Assembly (NCBI RefSeq): GCF_963921235.1
Contig: NC_086097.1
Location: forward strand, 79,982,001 to 80,046,000
DNA: 64,000 nucleotides
Direction of reading: 5' to 3'
Source of the DNA: Mobula hypostoma
Taxonomy: Eukaryota
The stretch's first letter is position 1. Each line of letters starts with the position of its first letter. A program made the translations under genes and the position numbers. The notes under the pieces were generated by a model. It ran no database searches. It saw only the letters and a list, made by a program, of their open reading frames with translations, and had not been told where the DNA came from. Of this stretch, positions 1 to 12,751 are shown piece after piece.

Positions 1-800
1 AAAACAAATAAAAGAAGTGAAAAAGGTCAAAGAATTAAAAGAAGTACCAAGAATATAAGCAGTGAACCCAACAACTGAAATTATGGAAATGAAGTTGGAC
101 CCTGTATCACAAACATACAAGATATTTTAGAGAAGCAAGCGTATTGCTTTAATCAGGAAAAGTACTGCAGCTTTAGAAAAAGTAAGCAATGACACTGCAG
201 ATGTCTTGAGATAAGTAATAGCAGAAATAGGCGCCATGTGTAAGATGGTTCTTCAAAATTGTATGTCATTAGATCTTCTTTTGACAGTGGGGGGGGAATA
301 TGTACAAGTGTAAGCAAGGACTGTTGTATTTAAATACATGACAAGTCTGAAAACATAAACAACAGGAATTCTGTAGATGCTGCAAATTCAAGCAACACAC
401 ATAAAAGTTGCTGGTGAACGCAGCAGGCCAGGCAGCATCTCTAGGAAGAGGTGCAGTCGACGTTTCATGCCGAGACCCTTCGTCAGGACTAACTGAAGGA
501 AGAAAGTCAGAAAACATAACTGATTTGGTTGATCGTACATGTAAAGAAGCAGCTAAAATACATCAGATGGGATTTCTTTGATTGGATTTGGATTTACTTA
601 AGTCAAGAAAGCTGGGATTACTCAAAGTAACAAATCGTAATATTTATGCTGATATGTCTTATCATAATTTACATCTCTTTTACTGGTATAAGGGCAATCA
701 TTAATATAGTTCAAACTCACGTAAGTGTGCCTACTAATCTAGCCAAGAATGACATAATCTAATGAATAATTTGAAGAATATATATCTGATATTTCTATAA
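1..800 (+). pseudogene. env: Degraded endogenous retrovirus env (TM subunit), gamma/epsilon-type
   Basis: Hand translation gives RIKR (31-42, furin-like site), MVLQNCMSLDLLL (~245-283, immunosuppressive-domain-like LQNRxxLDLL) and ICTSVSKDCCI (~298-330, CX6CC). Stops and frameshifts are present, with an insertion at 359-503. Confidence 0.75.
359..503 (-). mobile_element. Short Penelope-like pseudo-LTR fragment inserted in env
   Basis: Near-identical to ~22038-22182; flanked by duplication aagtc(t/a)gaaaacataa at 343-358 and 504-519. Confidence 0.75.
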
Positions 801-908
801 CTTAGGTAGTTTATTATCTTGAACTTAACGTAGATTCCACAAGTTGTTTCTGCCTCTGAATTTTCAGATATAATCACACGTAAGTGTGATTGAGAATCAA
901 AGGGGAAA

Positions 909-1274
909 TGTTGGATTAGACTGTATAATTGTTATTTGAAATTTAACCTTTTATGTCTGCTTGTATTTTATATAATTACCTATATCCATGTAATTGTTCA
1001 GTGTGTCCACTACAGGAATAGTTCTGGAAGCTTCTTTGGTATTGCAGGTGAACTCTTATCTACAAATTTTAATGGAATGGCTCTAAAGGGCAGAGCATAT
1101 TGTCCCACCATCTTTGTTTCTTCTTTTCCTTCCCCTACTAGCCTCTTGCTACTCCCTAATTTCCAATTATCTTTGTTCTCTTAATGTTTAATAAAACAAT
1201 CGTAAAGCAACAAGTTTCATATCTCTTCCTTGACTTCCAAAAGAACTTTGAATCAAAAATATCAGAATCCAACA
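909..1274 (+). mobile_element. 3' LTR of the endogenous retrovirus
   Basis: Preceded by polypurine tract aaaggggaaa; termini tgttggatt...aatccaaca form a 9-bp inverted repeat; aataaa near 1190. Confidence 0.7.
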
Positions 1275-1585
1275 GGCTACAGAGAAAGCAGGGCTCAGCT
1301 AGTTTCATCACGGTAAAGCTCTCCCCTTGGCTGAGGGCATGTACAAGAGGCGACATCTCAGGAAGGTGATATCTATCATTAAGGACCTCCACCATCCAGG
1401 CCATGCCTTTTCTTGTTGCTACCAGCAAACAGGAGATCTCAAGGTTCAACAACAGTTTCTTCCCGTCATGTAAATTATGTATAACTTAAATTTATGTCAA
1501 TTTATGTTTGTGTGCTATTTTGCGCCTACTGCATAAAGCTAATTTTCATGGCATTTAAACCCTAGGTACCTACACCCATGATAAT
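1275..1585 (+). mobile_element. Rex1/Babar LINE 3' fragment
   Basis: atcattaaggacctccaccatccaggccatgcc matches the 3' ORF end of the other Rex1 copies in the window. Confidence 0.6.
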
Positions 1586-2451
1586 GGGAATTGTTAGTCA
1601 TTTATATAAGAATGAGAATGTATAATACATGGTTAGTCAGTTTGTACATGACACTAAAATAGATGGTACCGTAGGGTATGAAAAATGTTATCAAAAAGAT
1701 GCAGGACTTTATTAAAAGCCTAGTTAAAGTCCATGTCTACTGCCTTGCCCTTACCAATTTTCTTGGCCACCTCTTCAAAAATCTCAATAAAATTCATGAT
1801 ACATGATTTCCTATGTATAAAACCAGGCTGACTATCCCTAATTAGTTCCTGCTTTTCCAAATGTACATAAATCACAGAAACACCTGTAGTAAATTTTCCA
1901 CCACAAATGTTAGGCTCACCAGCCTGCAGTTCCCCAACTTGTCCCTGTAGTCCCTCTTAAATAAAGACACATCATCAGACACTCTTCAGTCTTCAGGTAC
2001 CTGTGCCTAATGAAGATACATACTGTATATCTCTGCCTATCTTGCTTCTAACAATGTCCGAGTATATACTTCGTTAAACCCTGGAGATTTATCCACTTTG
2101 GTGTCATTAAGTATTCTTAATTTCCTAATTAAGTAAATTAAACAAATCTGTATGTGAAATGTAATAGATCCTGAGCCTTGAAGAGAAATATCTTTTTCAA
2201 TGTATCCTTTCATTAGATCTCAACTTAATTTAAATTTTGGTTATTTAGAACATGACAATTGTACCCAAGACAGAAACAAACATTCCACAAAATCTGTGGT
2301 ATACATAATTAGTATACAACGAGAAGGAACAAGGATAAAAAAAACATAATAAGTAAGTTATTCCATAGGTGTATAGCTAAACCAAAAGATTCATCCGAAC
2401 AAATATGGAATGATCTGTTTTCTGTAATATTTTCTCTAAAATAACCTCTCT

Positions 2452-3293
2452 AAAACCAAATTGGTGAAGTTTTATCCTGATATTAGTCCCTGGTGTGACA
2501 AATGCAAAGGAGGTGAGGCTTCCCTTATTCATATGTATTGGGCTTGTCCTTCTTTGGAAAAATTTTGGAAGGATTTTTTTTAACTTTATCTTCTATATTA
2601 AATTGTCATTTGGAACCTGATCCTTTGATTGCTCTTTTCGGTATTTCTCAAGACTCTGACAAGCATTTGATCCCGGCTAAACAGCACACATTGCCTTTTG
2701 CCTCTCTTTTAGCTAAACGTGCAGTACTCCTTAAGTGGAGAGATGTAGTTCCCCCTACCCATGTTCGATGGCTTAGGGATATTATGTCTTGTTTAGATCT
2801 TGAAAAGATTTATTATTCACTGTTTAATTCGGACATAAAGTTCCATAAGGTGCAGGGACCTTTTCCTGAATATCTTCATAATTCTCACCCAGATTGACAG
2901 GTGTATTTTTTTTCTTCCCTTGATTGTCAGATCCTGTATTTCCAGCTTTCTTTGATTTTTTTGATTAGGTAGCAGGCTGTTTTATTATTATTATTATTAT
3001 TATCATTCTTTTTTTACTACAATGTATAGCTCTGGGGTGATAGAAGTTTATCTCAAGTGACCTTTCAAATATGTACACTTATAATATCATGGTTGGCTTG
3101 GAGTTGGATAGTGGGTGGGTCGGGTGCTTTCCTTTTTATTTTTTCGTTTTTAATGTGGGTGACTTGCTCATTTGTTAAGATAAGTATTATTGTTATTTTT
3201 GTCTGTATTGCAAACATCCTTCTAATTATACCACTGATTTTCTTTTCTTGTATGCTATAGTTTGTAGAAAATCATAAATAAAATTTAAAAGAG
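2452..3293 (+). mobile_element. 5'-truncated L1-clade LINE (ORF2 C-terminus and 3'UTR)
   Basis: CDKC...HMYWAC zinc knuckle, ORF 2538-2897, A-rich tail, 12-bp TSD aataacctctct (2440-2451, 3294-3305). Confidence 0.85.
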
Positions 3294-3487
3294 AATAACC
3301 TCTCTTGGAAATTAGAGGGTTGTAGCAATTCCATGGCATAAAGGGCCCATGTTAGTACAAGGATATATGGGGTATTATTAACAAAGATAAATGACATATC
3401 AATATGGTACCAATAATATATGCATAATAACTCAGTTTAGGCTTTAAGGTAACGGGCCTTTTCCCAGGATAGAAGGCATCTAAAATA

Positions 3488-5055
3488 CAGGTGTCCCCCG
3501 CTTTTCGAACATTCGCTTTACGAAACCTCACTGTTACGTAAGACCTACATTAGTTAACTGTTTTCGCTAACAGAAGGTGTTTTCACTGTTACAAAAAAAG
3601 GCAGCGCGCGAAAAAAGCAGCATGCGCCCCGAGAAGCCACTCTCCCCCAGATTCGGAACTGCATTCTTGCCGGCATTGCTTAAACATGTGCCTGTGAGCA
3701 GCTGTTTGCAAGATGAGTTCTAAGGTATTGGAAAAGCCTGAAAGAGCTCGTAAGGGTGTTACACTTAGCGTAAAACTAGACATAATTAAGCGTTTCGATC
3801 GTGGTGAACGAAGTAAGCACAAAGTGAGTTTGGCTTGTGGAAGTTGACAACGATGATGTTGAAGAGGTTTTGGCATCTCATGACCAAGAACTGATAGATA
3901 AAGAGCTGGTGAAATTGGAATAGGAAAGGATAACAATCAAAACCGAATGCAGTAGCGGACAGACCGAAAGTGAAGTCGTCCAGGAACTGAACGTGAAGTG
4001 ACTGTGTGAGATTTTCACTGCAATGATAAAGTACGACTTTAATTTTGAAAGAGTATGTCAGTTTAGGGGATATTTGCAGGATGGTTTAAGTGCTTACAAA
4101 GAACTGTACAATCTAAAAATGCGCGAGGCTAAGCAGTCAAGCAAGCCTTCCACATCAGCCAGAGCAGATGACGAACCTCGACCTTCGACATCGAAGCAGG
4201 CAGACATAGAAGAAGATGACCTGCCTGCCCTGATAGAAACAGGTGACAAGATGATACCCCAGTGTCCCACCACCCCAACCCACGGGCCACGGACAGATAC
4301 TGATCCCTGAAGAATGCGGCGGTAGCCGGGACGCGCCCAGCACATCTTTAAGAAAAAAGCCGAAATAAACAAGCTAATTAATTAGGTGCTACCCGGCACC
4401 TAATTAATTAGCTTGTTTGTTTCGTCTTTTTTCTTAAAGATGTGTTGGGTGCGTCCCGGCTACTGCTGTACCCCTGCATTCTCCGCGGATCGGTATCAGT
4501 TCGCTGCCCGGAGGGGGGGGGCCACTGCACCACCCCAACCTCCGACTACTCAGCCTAACACACCATCATCAGTGTGCTCGGCGCTGTCTTCCCGATTCTC
4601 GTAAGTGATGCTACACTGTACATACATTATTTCTACTTTATATTGGCTGTGTATTTTTATGTGTTATTTGGTATGATTTGGCAGCTTCATAGCTTAAAGG
4701 TTACTGGAGAGCGCTAGCGCCGTGTCTTTGCCAACGGCACTTGCGCCATGTTTCTGCTGATAGCGCTTGCGTGAGATTTTCGCTACGGAGGACAGTGCAG
4801 CAATGATTGTGGGAAAGTATTTCAACTTTATATAGGCTGTGTATTCATCATATCATTCCTGCTTTTACTATATGTTACTGTTATCTTAGGTTTTGTGTGT
4901 TATTTGGCATGATTTGGTAGGTTATTTTTGGGTCTGCGAACGCTCACAAATTTTTCCCATTTAAATGAATGGTAATTGCTTCTTCGCTTTACGACATTCT
5001 GGCTTACGAACCGTTTCATAGGAACGCTCTACCTTCCGATGGCGGGGGAAACCTG
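3488..5055 (+). mobile_element. Tigger/pogo-type DNA transposon, internally deleted
   Basis: TA flanks; imperfect TIR caggtgtcccccgc / gcgggggaaacctg; transposase N-terminal HTH remnant (RKGVTLSVKLDIIKRFDRGE, ~3750) joined to a C-terminal remnant (EEVLASHDQEL...YKELY). Confidence 0.85.
4260..4527. repeat. Long imperfect palindrome inside the Tigger element
   Basis: Arms 4260-4389 and 4396-4527 with a 6-nt loop tacccg; the inner ~70 bp are near-perfect. Confidence 0.9.
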
Positions 5056-5379
5056 TAATGTACAATAGAGGGTAAAAGTCTCTCTTGAAATAAATGGTCT
5101 CTTTGGGATATAAGTGTGGACAAAGCCCTGTTCCTCAAACAATTGATCTTTACAAAGATGCAGGAGGAGGTAACAAATTGAAGTAGGAATTGTGCACCAA
5201 TGTTGGATGACACAGTTCAACCTCAATGGAATTCTCCAGCAGTTTTGACTAGGGAATCTTTTCATTCATTTTAATTGAGGAGAATTGACTTAGGTAAATC
5301 AAATTTTAAAAAAATAAATAAGTTTCCTTGAGTACTCCTGAGTGTTTAAAAGTATTTTATATTTTATTTTAATTTTTAT

Positions 5380-5670
5380 CAATGGTTGGGTTGAGTTGTT
5401 TTCCAATCTTGGCAATCCATTTGCAAACATTTCGTCACACAGGAGAAGGCATCATCAGTACCTCATTATTTGTGCTAAGCCCTCCAAATGCTTGGCTTTT
5501 AGTTGATTGATCGTCTTTACGGGAACTCAAATGTGACGTAGAGAGGGAGTTCTATCGCTGACTGGATGCGTGGCAAAATCTGTGCGTTGTGTGAAATTTT
5601 TCCCGCATTAGATTATCTTCTTCTTCGGCTGTCCATTGATTTTTGATGTTGACTGACTGAGGCCTAGGAA
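5380..5670 (-). mobile_element. Penelope-like element terminal fragment (second family)
   Basis: Reverse complement of 5384-5462 is similar to 7024-7104 and contains ctgatga...cgaaa. Confidence 0.55.
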
Positions 5671-5674
5671 AGGT

Positions 5675-5903
5675 TGTATGGAAGACCGGCAGTTGCCCAT
5701 GCTGCAAGTCTCCCCTCTCCACGCCACCAATATTGTCCAAGGGAAGGGCACTAGGAGCCATACAGCTAGGCACCGGTGTCGTTGCAGAGCAATGTGTGGT
5801 TAAGTGCCTTGCTCAAGGACACAACACGCTGCCTCAGCTGAGGCTCGAACTAGCAACAATCAGATCACTAGACCAACACCTGAACCACTTGGCCACATGC
5901 CAC
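5675..5903 (-). mobile_element. tRNA-derived SINE
   Basis: Minus strand has A box tggccaagtgg and B box gttcgagcc. Confidence 0.7.
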
Positions 5904-5904
5904 A

Positions 5905-6690
5905 CCTTAAATACACCCAATGACTTGGCCTCCACAGTCGCTCATGGCAACAACCACAGATTTACCACCCTCTGACTAAAGTAATTTCTCTGCATCTCAG
6001 TTCTAAAAGGATGTCCTTCAATCCTGAGGTCGTGGTTTCTTCTCCTAAAATCCCCTATCATGGGAAAGAATTTTGCCATATCTAATCTGTTCAGGCCTTT
6101 TAACATTTGGAATGTTTCTATGAGATCCCCCCTCATTCTCCTGATCTCCAGGAAATACAGCCCAAGAGCTGCTAGATGTTCCTCATATGGTAACCCTTTC
6201 ATTCCTGAAATCATTCTCCTGAATTTTTTCTGAATCCTCTCCAATGTCAGTATATCCTTTCTAAAATAAGGAGCCCAAAAACTGCATACAATACTGCAAG
6301 TGTGGTCTTATGAGTGCCTTATCAAGCCTCAACATCACATCCCTGCTCTTATATTCTATACCTCTAGAAACAAATGCCAACATTGCATTCGCCTTCTTCA
6401 CAACCCACTGAACTTGGAGGTTAACCTTTAGGGTATCCTGCACAAGGACTCCCAAGTCCCTTTGCATCTCTGCATTTTGAATTCTCTCCCCTTCTAAATA
6501 ATAGTCTGCCAGTTTATTTCTTCCACCAAAGTGCATGACCATACACTTTCCAACGTTGTATTTCATTTGCCACTTCTTTGCCCATTCCTCTAAACTATCT
6601 AAGTCTCTCTGCAGGCTTTCTGTTTCCTCAACACTACCCACTCCTTCATCTATCTTTGTATTATCGGCAAACTTAGCCACAAATCGATTA
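5905..6690 (-). mobile_element. CR1 LINE fragment
   Basis: ORFs 6261-6680 (KFADNTK...RPHLQYC) and 5942-6244. Confidence 0.9.
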
Positions 6691-6694
6691 ATAT

Positions 6695-7135
6695 AAATGA
6701 GTTTCTACCCATGAAGATTGTGCGGGGCACAAATTCGATTGGACAATAGTGAATGTCATGGCGCAAGCAAACATGCGGCATGCAAGAGAATTCCTGGAAG
6801 TATGGTTACCTGCAAACAATTCTGTTTACATATTGACTTTGATCCCATTTATACGCCAATGCAGGCAAAATTCAAGACCACAACGCATAGAGTTCGCCAC
6901 GGAACGAATCAGTGGCGAGTCCTCCACTCTATGTCACAATTGAGTTTCCATAATGATAACCAATTAACTGACTGATAAGTATATAAAGGCCAAACACTCG
7001 AAGGACACACTGCAAGTGATCAGGTACTGATGATATCTCCTCGTATGGTGACAAAATGTTTGCAAATAGATTGGCAAGATTGTAGAACAACTCAGCCCAA
7101 CCATTAGCCACCCAAGCTACACAGTTTCCGAGTTA
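6695..7135 (+). mobile_element. Penelope-like element 3' end (GIY-YIG C-terminus and tail)
   Basis: HKFDW...AREFLEVW...HIDFDPIY motifs across frames; ctgatga motif at ~7027. Confidence 0.6.
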
Positions 7136-7444
7136 CTTCTAATTTTTATCAGTGCTTAAAATTCAATTTTCATCAACTCCACTAATTCTTGATTGTTACT
7201 GAATGTATGGAAGAAGTATGTTATGATACTTTAATGATGTCAGTAAATAAATTCCTTAATAAACTTGTTATGGAAGAAACAGAAGCCACAAATTTATTCC
7301 CTTTGAAGAACTCCGCTCAACAGTTCTGCACAGAAGATAATGGGGATGACTTCAAACAGTCTGCCCATCCTCCAGAACAGCTGCACCAACTAAGAAAATA
7401 TAATTAAAACATTACAACCCTCAAACAGCTAGTAAAACCTTGAC

Positions 7445-9252
7445 ATTAAAAAGAGGATGATTATGAAGAAAAAAAGGATGACAGGAGTGAAGGTAGGACC
7501 GATTAGAGATAAAGGTGGGAAGATGTGCCTGGAGGCTGTGGAAGTGAGCGAGGTCCTCAATGAATACTTCTCTTCGGTATTCACCAATGAGAGGGAACTT
7601 GATGATGGTGAGGACAATATGAGTGAGGTTGATGTTTTGGAGCATGTTGATATTAAGGGACAGGAGGTGTTGGAGTTGTTACAATACATTAAGACAGATA
7701 AGTCCCCGGGACCTGACGGAATATTTCCCAGGCTGCTCCACGAGGCAAGAGAAAAGATTGCTGAGCCTCTGGCTAGGATCTTTATGTCCTCGTTGTCCAC
7801 GGGAATGGTACCGGAGGATTGGAGGGAGGCGAATGTTGTCCGCTTGTTCAAAAAAGGTAGTAGGGATAGTCCGGGTAATTATAGACCAGTGCGCCTTACG
7901 TCTGTGGTGGGAAAGCTGTTGGAAAAGATTCTTAGAGATAGGATCTATAGCCATTTAGAGAATCATGGTCTGATCAGGGACAGTCAGCATGGATTTGTGA
8001 AGGGCAGATCGTGTCTAACAAGCCTGATAGAGTTCTTTGAGGAGGTGACCAGGCATATAGATGAGGGTAGTGCAGTGGATGTGATCTATATGGATTTTAG
8101 TAAGGCATTTGACAAGGTTCCACACAGTAGGCTTATTCAGAAAGTTAGAAGGCATGGGATCCAGGGAAGTTTGGCCAGGTGGATTCAGAATTGGCTTGCC
8201 TGTAGAAGGCAGAGGGTGGTGGTGGAGGGAGTACATTCAGATTGGAGGATTGTGACTAGTGGTGTCCCACAAGGATCTGTTCTGGGACCTCTACTTTTCG
8301 TGATTTTTATTAACGACCTGGATGTGGGGGTAGAAGGGTGGGTTGGCAAGTTTGCAGACGACACAAAGGTTGGTGGTATTGTAGATAGTGTAGAGGATTA
8401 TCAAAGATCGCAGAGAGACATCGATAGGATGCAGAAGTGGGCTGAGAAGTGGCAGATGGAGTTCAACCCGGAGAAGTGTGAGGTGGTACACTTTGGAAGG
8501 GCAAACTTCAAGGCAGAGTACAAAGTAAATGGCAGGATACTTGGTAGTGTGGAGGAGCAGAGGGATCTCGGGGTACATGTCCACAGATCCCTGAAAGTTG
8601 CCTCACAGGTGGATAGGGTAGTTAACAAAGCTTATGGGGTGTTAGCTTTCATAAGTCGAGGGATAGAGTTTAAAGGTCGCGATGTAATGATGCAGTTCTA
8701 TAAAACTCTGGTTAGGCCACACTTGGAGTACTGTGTCCAGTTCTGGTCACCTCACTATAGGAAGGATGTGGAAGCATTGGAAAGGGTACAGAGGAGATTT
8801 ACCAGGATGCTGCCTGGTTTAGAAAGTATGCATTATGATCAGAGATTAAGGGAGCTAGGGCCTTACTCTTTGGAGAGAAGGAGGATGAGAGGAGACATGA
8901 TAGAGGTGTACAAGATAATAAGAGGAATAGATAGAGTGGATAGCCAGTGCCTCTTCCCCAGGGCACCGTTGCTCAATACGAGAGGACATGGCTTTAAGGT
9001 AAGGGGTGGGAAGTTCAGGGGGGGATCTTAGAGGAAGGTTTTTTACTCAGAGAGTGGTTGGTGCGTGGAATGCACTGCCTGAGTCAATGGTGGAGGCAGA
9101 TACACTAGAGAAGTTTAAGAGACTACTAGATAGGTATATGGAGGAATTTAAGGATTTAAGGTGGGGGCTTATATGGGAGGCAGGGTTTGAGGGTCGGCAC
9201 AACTTTGTGGGCTGAAGGGCCTGTACTGTGCTGTACTATTCTATGTTCTATG
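7445..9252 (+). mobile_element. CR1 LINE, 5'-truncated, with open RT domain (ORF 7457-9031, 524 aa)
   Basis: KSPGPDG, NYRPV, QHGF, DFSKAFD, GVPQGSVLGP and FADD motifs; (ttctatg)n tail. Confidence 0.95.
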
Positions 9253-10275
9253 ATATTATGTTTGCATTGTCCAACGTTTAGTTGCCATCGTTAACAAATC
9301 AATGAAAGGTTAAAACAAAAGCTGTTGAATGTAAGTCCACGTTTCATCAATATGTTCTAAACAGAAAAGGATTCGACTCAGATCAGTTCATGTGTGATAC
9401 AGTACAAAGGAGTGATATGAAATTAAATTCTCAAAAAAGTGATTGACTATATTAGAGAAATAAAATTGTTTAAAACTAAATCTGACCCCTTCCTTCAAAT
9501 ATTTATCTCTGTAACATGAAAATAAATCATCCAATATTGATGACCATGAAAAATTTAAGTTACAGACTTCTCTTGAATTCCACTTTGCAACAGTTCAAAC
9601 TTCACAGAAAATGTTTTAAAAAGAGTGCTTGCTGATCTTAAACATTTGCACACTATGGTGAGAGGACTCAAATGCTTCTTACATATTTCATATAAACATT
9701 AAATAAACAAAACTTGGGGTTAATATCACCATGATATTTTGTTCAGTTTAGTTATAAATTCATTCTAATTAATAAAAGGAAAGCACATTAAACTGCTAGA
9801 AACAGCCTGAACACTGAATATAACAGATGTTTATAATTTATATCCCTCTACTGTCATATGACAGCAATCTTATTTAAGTCATAGTTGGCCTCAGCTAAGA
9901 TGTCAACTGACAAACAAGGATACTACCATTTATTAAATGGATGTTGGGATGTGAAAAGGAATCATGTCAAGAGAAGTCTCATTCTACACCTTTTCCAATT
10001 ACCCTGCAGAGAAACCTGCACTTCTTTCATCTGCCCCATCCGGCCTCAGTGCAATGCCAGGGAAAATGAACTTGTAAGTTCAAAAAAGGTCTATGAATGT
10101 TTTGGACATATCATTTAATAAAAGCTCTTGAGAGGAAATCAAAAGGATAATTAAAACCTTGAATTTTCTCTGGAACGCAAACTTGAGCACAATTATAGTT
10201 ATATTTAAATTAATGTCATTATTATACAAATACATGACAATTAATGCATTACTTATTTGCTTTTGTCCTTTCTAA

Positions 10276-11614
10276 TTCAGAATCAGAATCAGGTTTATTA
10301 TCACCGGCATGTGACATGAAATTTGTTAACTTAGCAACAGCAGTTCAGTGCAATACATAATCTATCAGAAAAAAAAGAAATAAAACATAATAATAATAAA
10401 TAAACAAGTAAATCAATTACATATATTGAATAGATTTTAAAAATGTGCAAAAGCAGAAATACTGTATATTTTAAAAAAGTGAGGCAGTGTTCATGGGTTC
10501 AATGTCCATTTAGGAATCGGACGACAGAGAGGAAGAAGCTGTTCCTGAATTGCTGAGTGTGTGCCTTCAGGCTTCTGTACCTCCTACCTGATGGTAACAG
10601 TGAGAAAAGGGCATGCCCTGGGTGCTGGAGGCCCTTAATAATGGACGTTGCTTTTCTGAGACACCGCTCCCTGAAGATGTCCTGGGTACTTTGTAGGCTA
10701 GTACCCAAGATGGAGCTGACTAGATTTACAACCCTCTGCAGCTTCTTTCTGTCCTGTGCAGTAGCCCCTCCATACCAGACAGTGATGCAGCCTGTCAGAA
10801 TGCTCTCCACGGTACAACTATAGAAGTTTTTGAGTGTATTTGTTGGCATGTCAAATCTCTTCAAACTCCTAATAAAGTATAGCCACTGTCTTGCCTTCTT
10901 TATAACTATATCGATATGTTGGGACCAAGAACTTGAAGCTGCTCACTCTCTCCACTTCTGATCCCTCTATGAGGATTGGTATGTGTCCATTTGTCTTACC
11001 ACTCCTGAAGTCCACAATCAACTCTTTCGTCATACTGACATTGAGTGCCAGGTTGTTGCTGCGGCACCACTCCACTAGTTGGCATATCTCACTCCTGTAC
11101 GCCCTCTCGTCACCACCTGAGATTCTACCAACAATGGTTGTATCAGCAAATTTATAGATGGTATTTGAGCTATGCCCAGCCACACAGTCATGGGTATAGA
11201 GAGAGTAGAGCAGTGGGCTAAGCACACACCCCTGAGGTGTGCCAGTGTTGATCATCAGCAAGGAGGATAAGTTATCACCAATCTGCACAGACTGTGGTCT
11301 TCCAGTTAGGAAGTTGAGGATCCAACTGCAGAGGGAGGTACAGAGGCCCAGGTTCTGCAATTTCTCAATCAGGATTGCGGGAATGATGGTATTAAATGCT
11401 GAGCTATAGTCGATGAACAGCATCCTGACATAGGTGTTTGTGTTGTCTAGATGGTCTAAAGTCGCGTGGAGAGCAATTGATATTGTGTGTGCCATTGACC
11501 TATTATGGCAATAGGCAAACTGCAATGGGTCCAGGTCCTTGCTGAGGCAGGAGTTCAGTCTAGTCATGACCAACCTCTCAAAGCATTTCATCACTATCAA
11601 TGTGAGTGCTACCA
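10276..11614 (-). mobile_element. Rex1/Babar LINE, 5'-truncated
   Basis: ORFs 10869-11615 ([27 protein letters not shown]) and 10499-10864; (gattct)n tail. Confidence 0.92.
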
Positions 11615-12517
11615 TTAGACATTATATTTTTTCATTCATTTGTTCAGCTACTTGGGGGTGGGGTTATCCCTATTGGAGACTAGGCTAACACAAGACAATT
11701 TGGTAAAACTCATTTCCCATCACTCTATTCATCATATCGTTTTAGATGCACGTTAGGCAATAAACCTCAGACTTTTCTTTTGTCTTAAGTATAGGGATGG
11801 CCATACAGTGCCATAATAAATACACTTAAGGATCATTTCCATCATCATTGCAAACTTTTGTAATAGCAAATCTGAACTTTAAACACAAGTTGTCTTCTTC
11901 CATTTTTTTTATCTCAGGCTTTTTTTGTTCAGAAACTGAAAGACACCAGATTAATTGAATTGGAGTGTAAAAAAACCAGGTCAGTGTGAAAGTATTAATT
12001 CGAAAATACAGACCTTCCAAATTAAATTTTAAGTGCCATACAATGGGAGTGAACATGTATAATACAGGGCAGTGTTACATTGGAGAATATCAAAGCAAAG
12101 CTGAGGAGAGCAAACCTCATTATTCATACCAAGCGGCAATGTTGTAAACCAGAAATGTTAATACTACATGATACCCATTAATGATATAAAATGGCAGGAA
12201 TATTCTGGTTTAAACTTTATGTATGGAAGAGACATCGTGCTGAGTATTTCCTATATCTTTCATTTGCATTTCAGATTTTCAGTATTAGCAGCTATTTTGA
12301 TTATAGGTAATTATTACACTGAACCTCAAGATATACTGAAAAACTAAACAGCTTAAATATATTTTTGTTCAGAAAGGAGCAAAAATATTTGTTTGTGCCC
12401 TTGGAACACTGGAAAAACAATTGTACTGAATTAAATACACAAAATTTTAAGTAATTAGAAATACAACTAAAATGAAAATATTTCAAAATAAGTAAAAAAA
12501 AACAAATGACTAACCTA

Positions 12518-12751
12518 TACAAAATGCCGGAGGAACAGCAGGCCAGGCAGCATCAATGAAAAAGATATAGTCAACATTTCAGGCTGAGACGCTTTTTCAG
12601 AACTGTTGAAAATTGTTAGTCCTGATGAAGGGTTTCAGCCCAAAATGTCATCTATACTCTTTTCCATAGATGCTGCCTGGCCTGCTGAGTTCTTCCAGCA
12701 TTTTGTGTATGTTGCTTGGATTTTCAGCATCTGCAGATTTTCTCGTTTGTG
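12518..12751. mobile_element. Short non-autonomous Penelope-derived foldback element
   Basis: Inverted pLTR halves; 14-bp TSD aaatgactaaccta (12504-12517, 12752-12765). Confidence 0.8.

Noticed and set aside
2230..5260. Possible further retroviral remnant in the unique spacers between the L1 and Tigger
   Set aside because: No diagnostic motif could be recognised.
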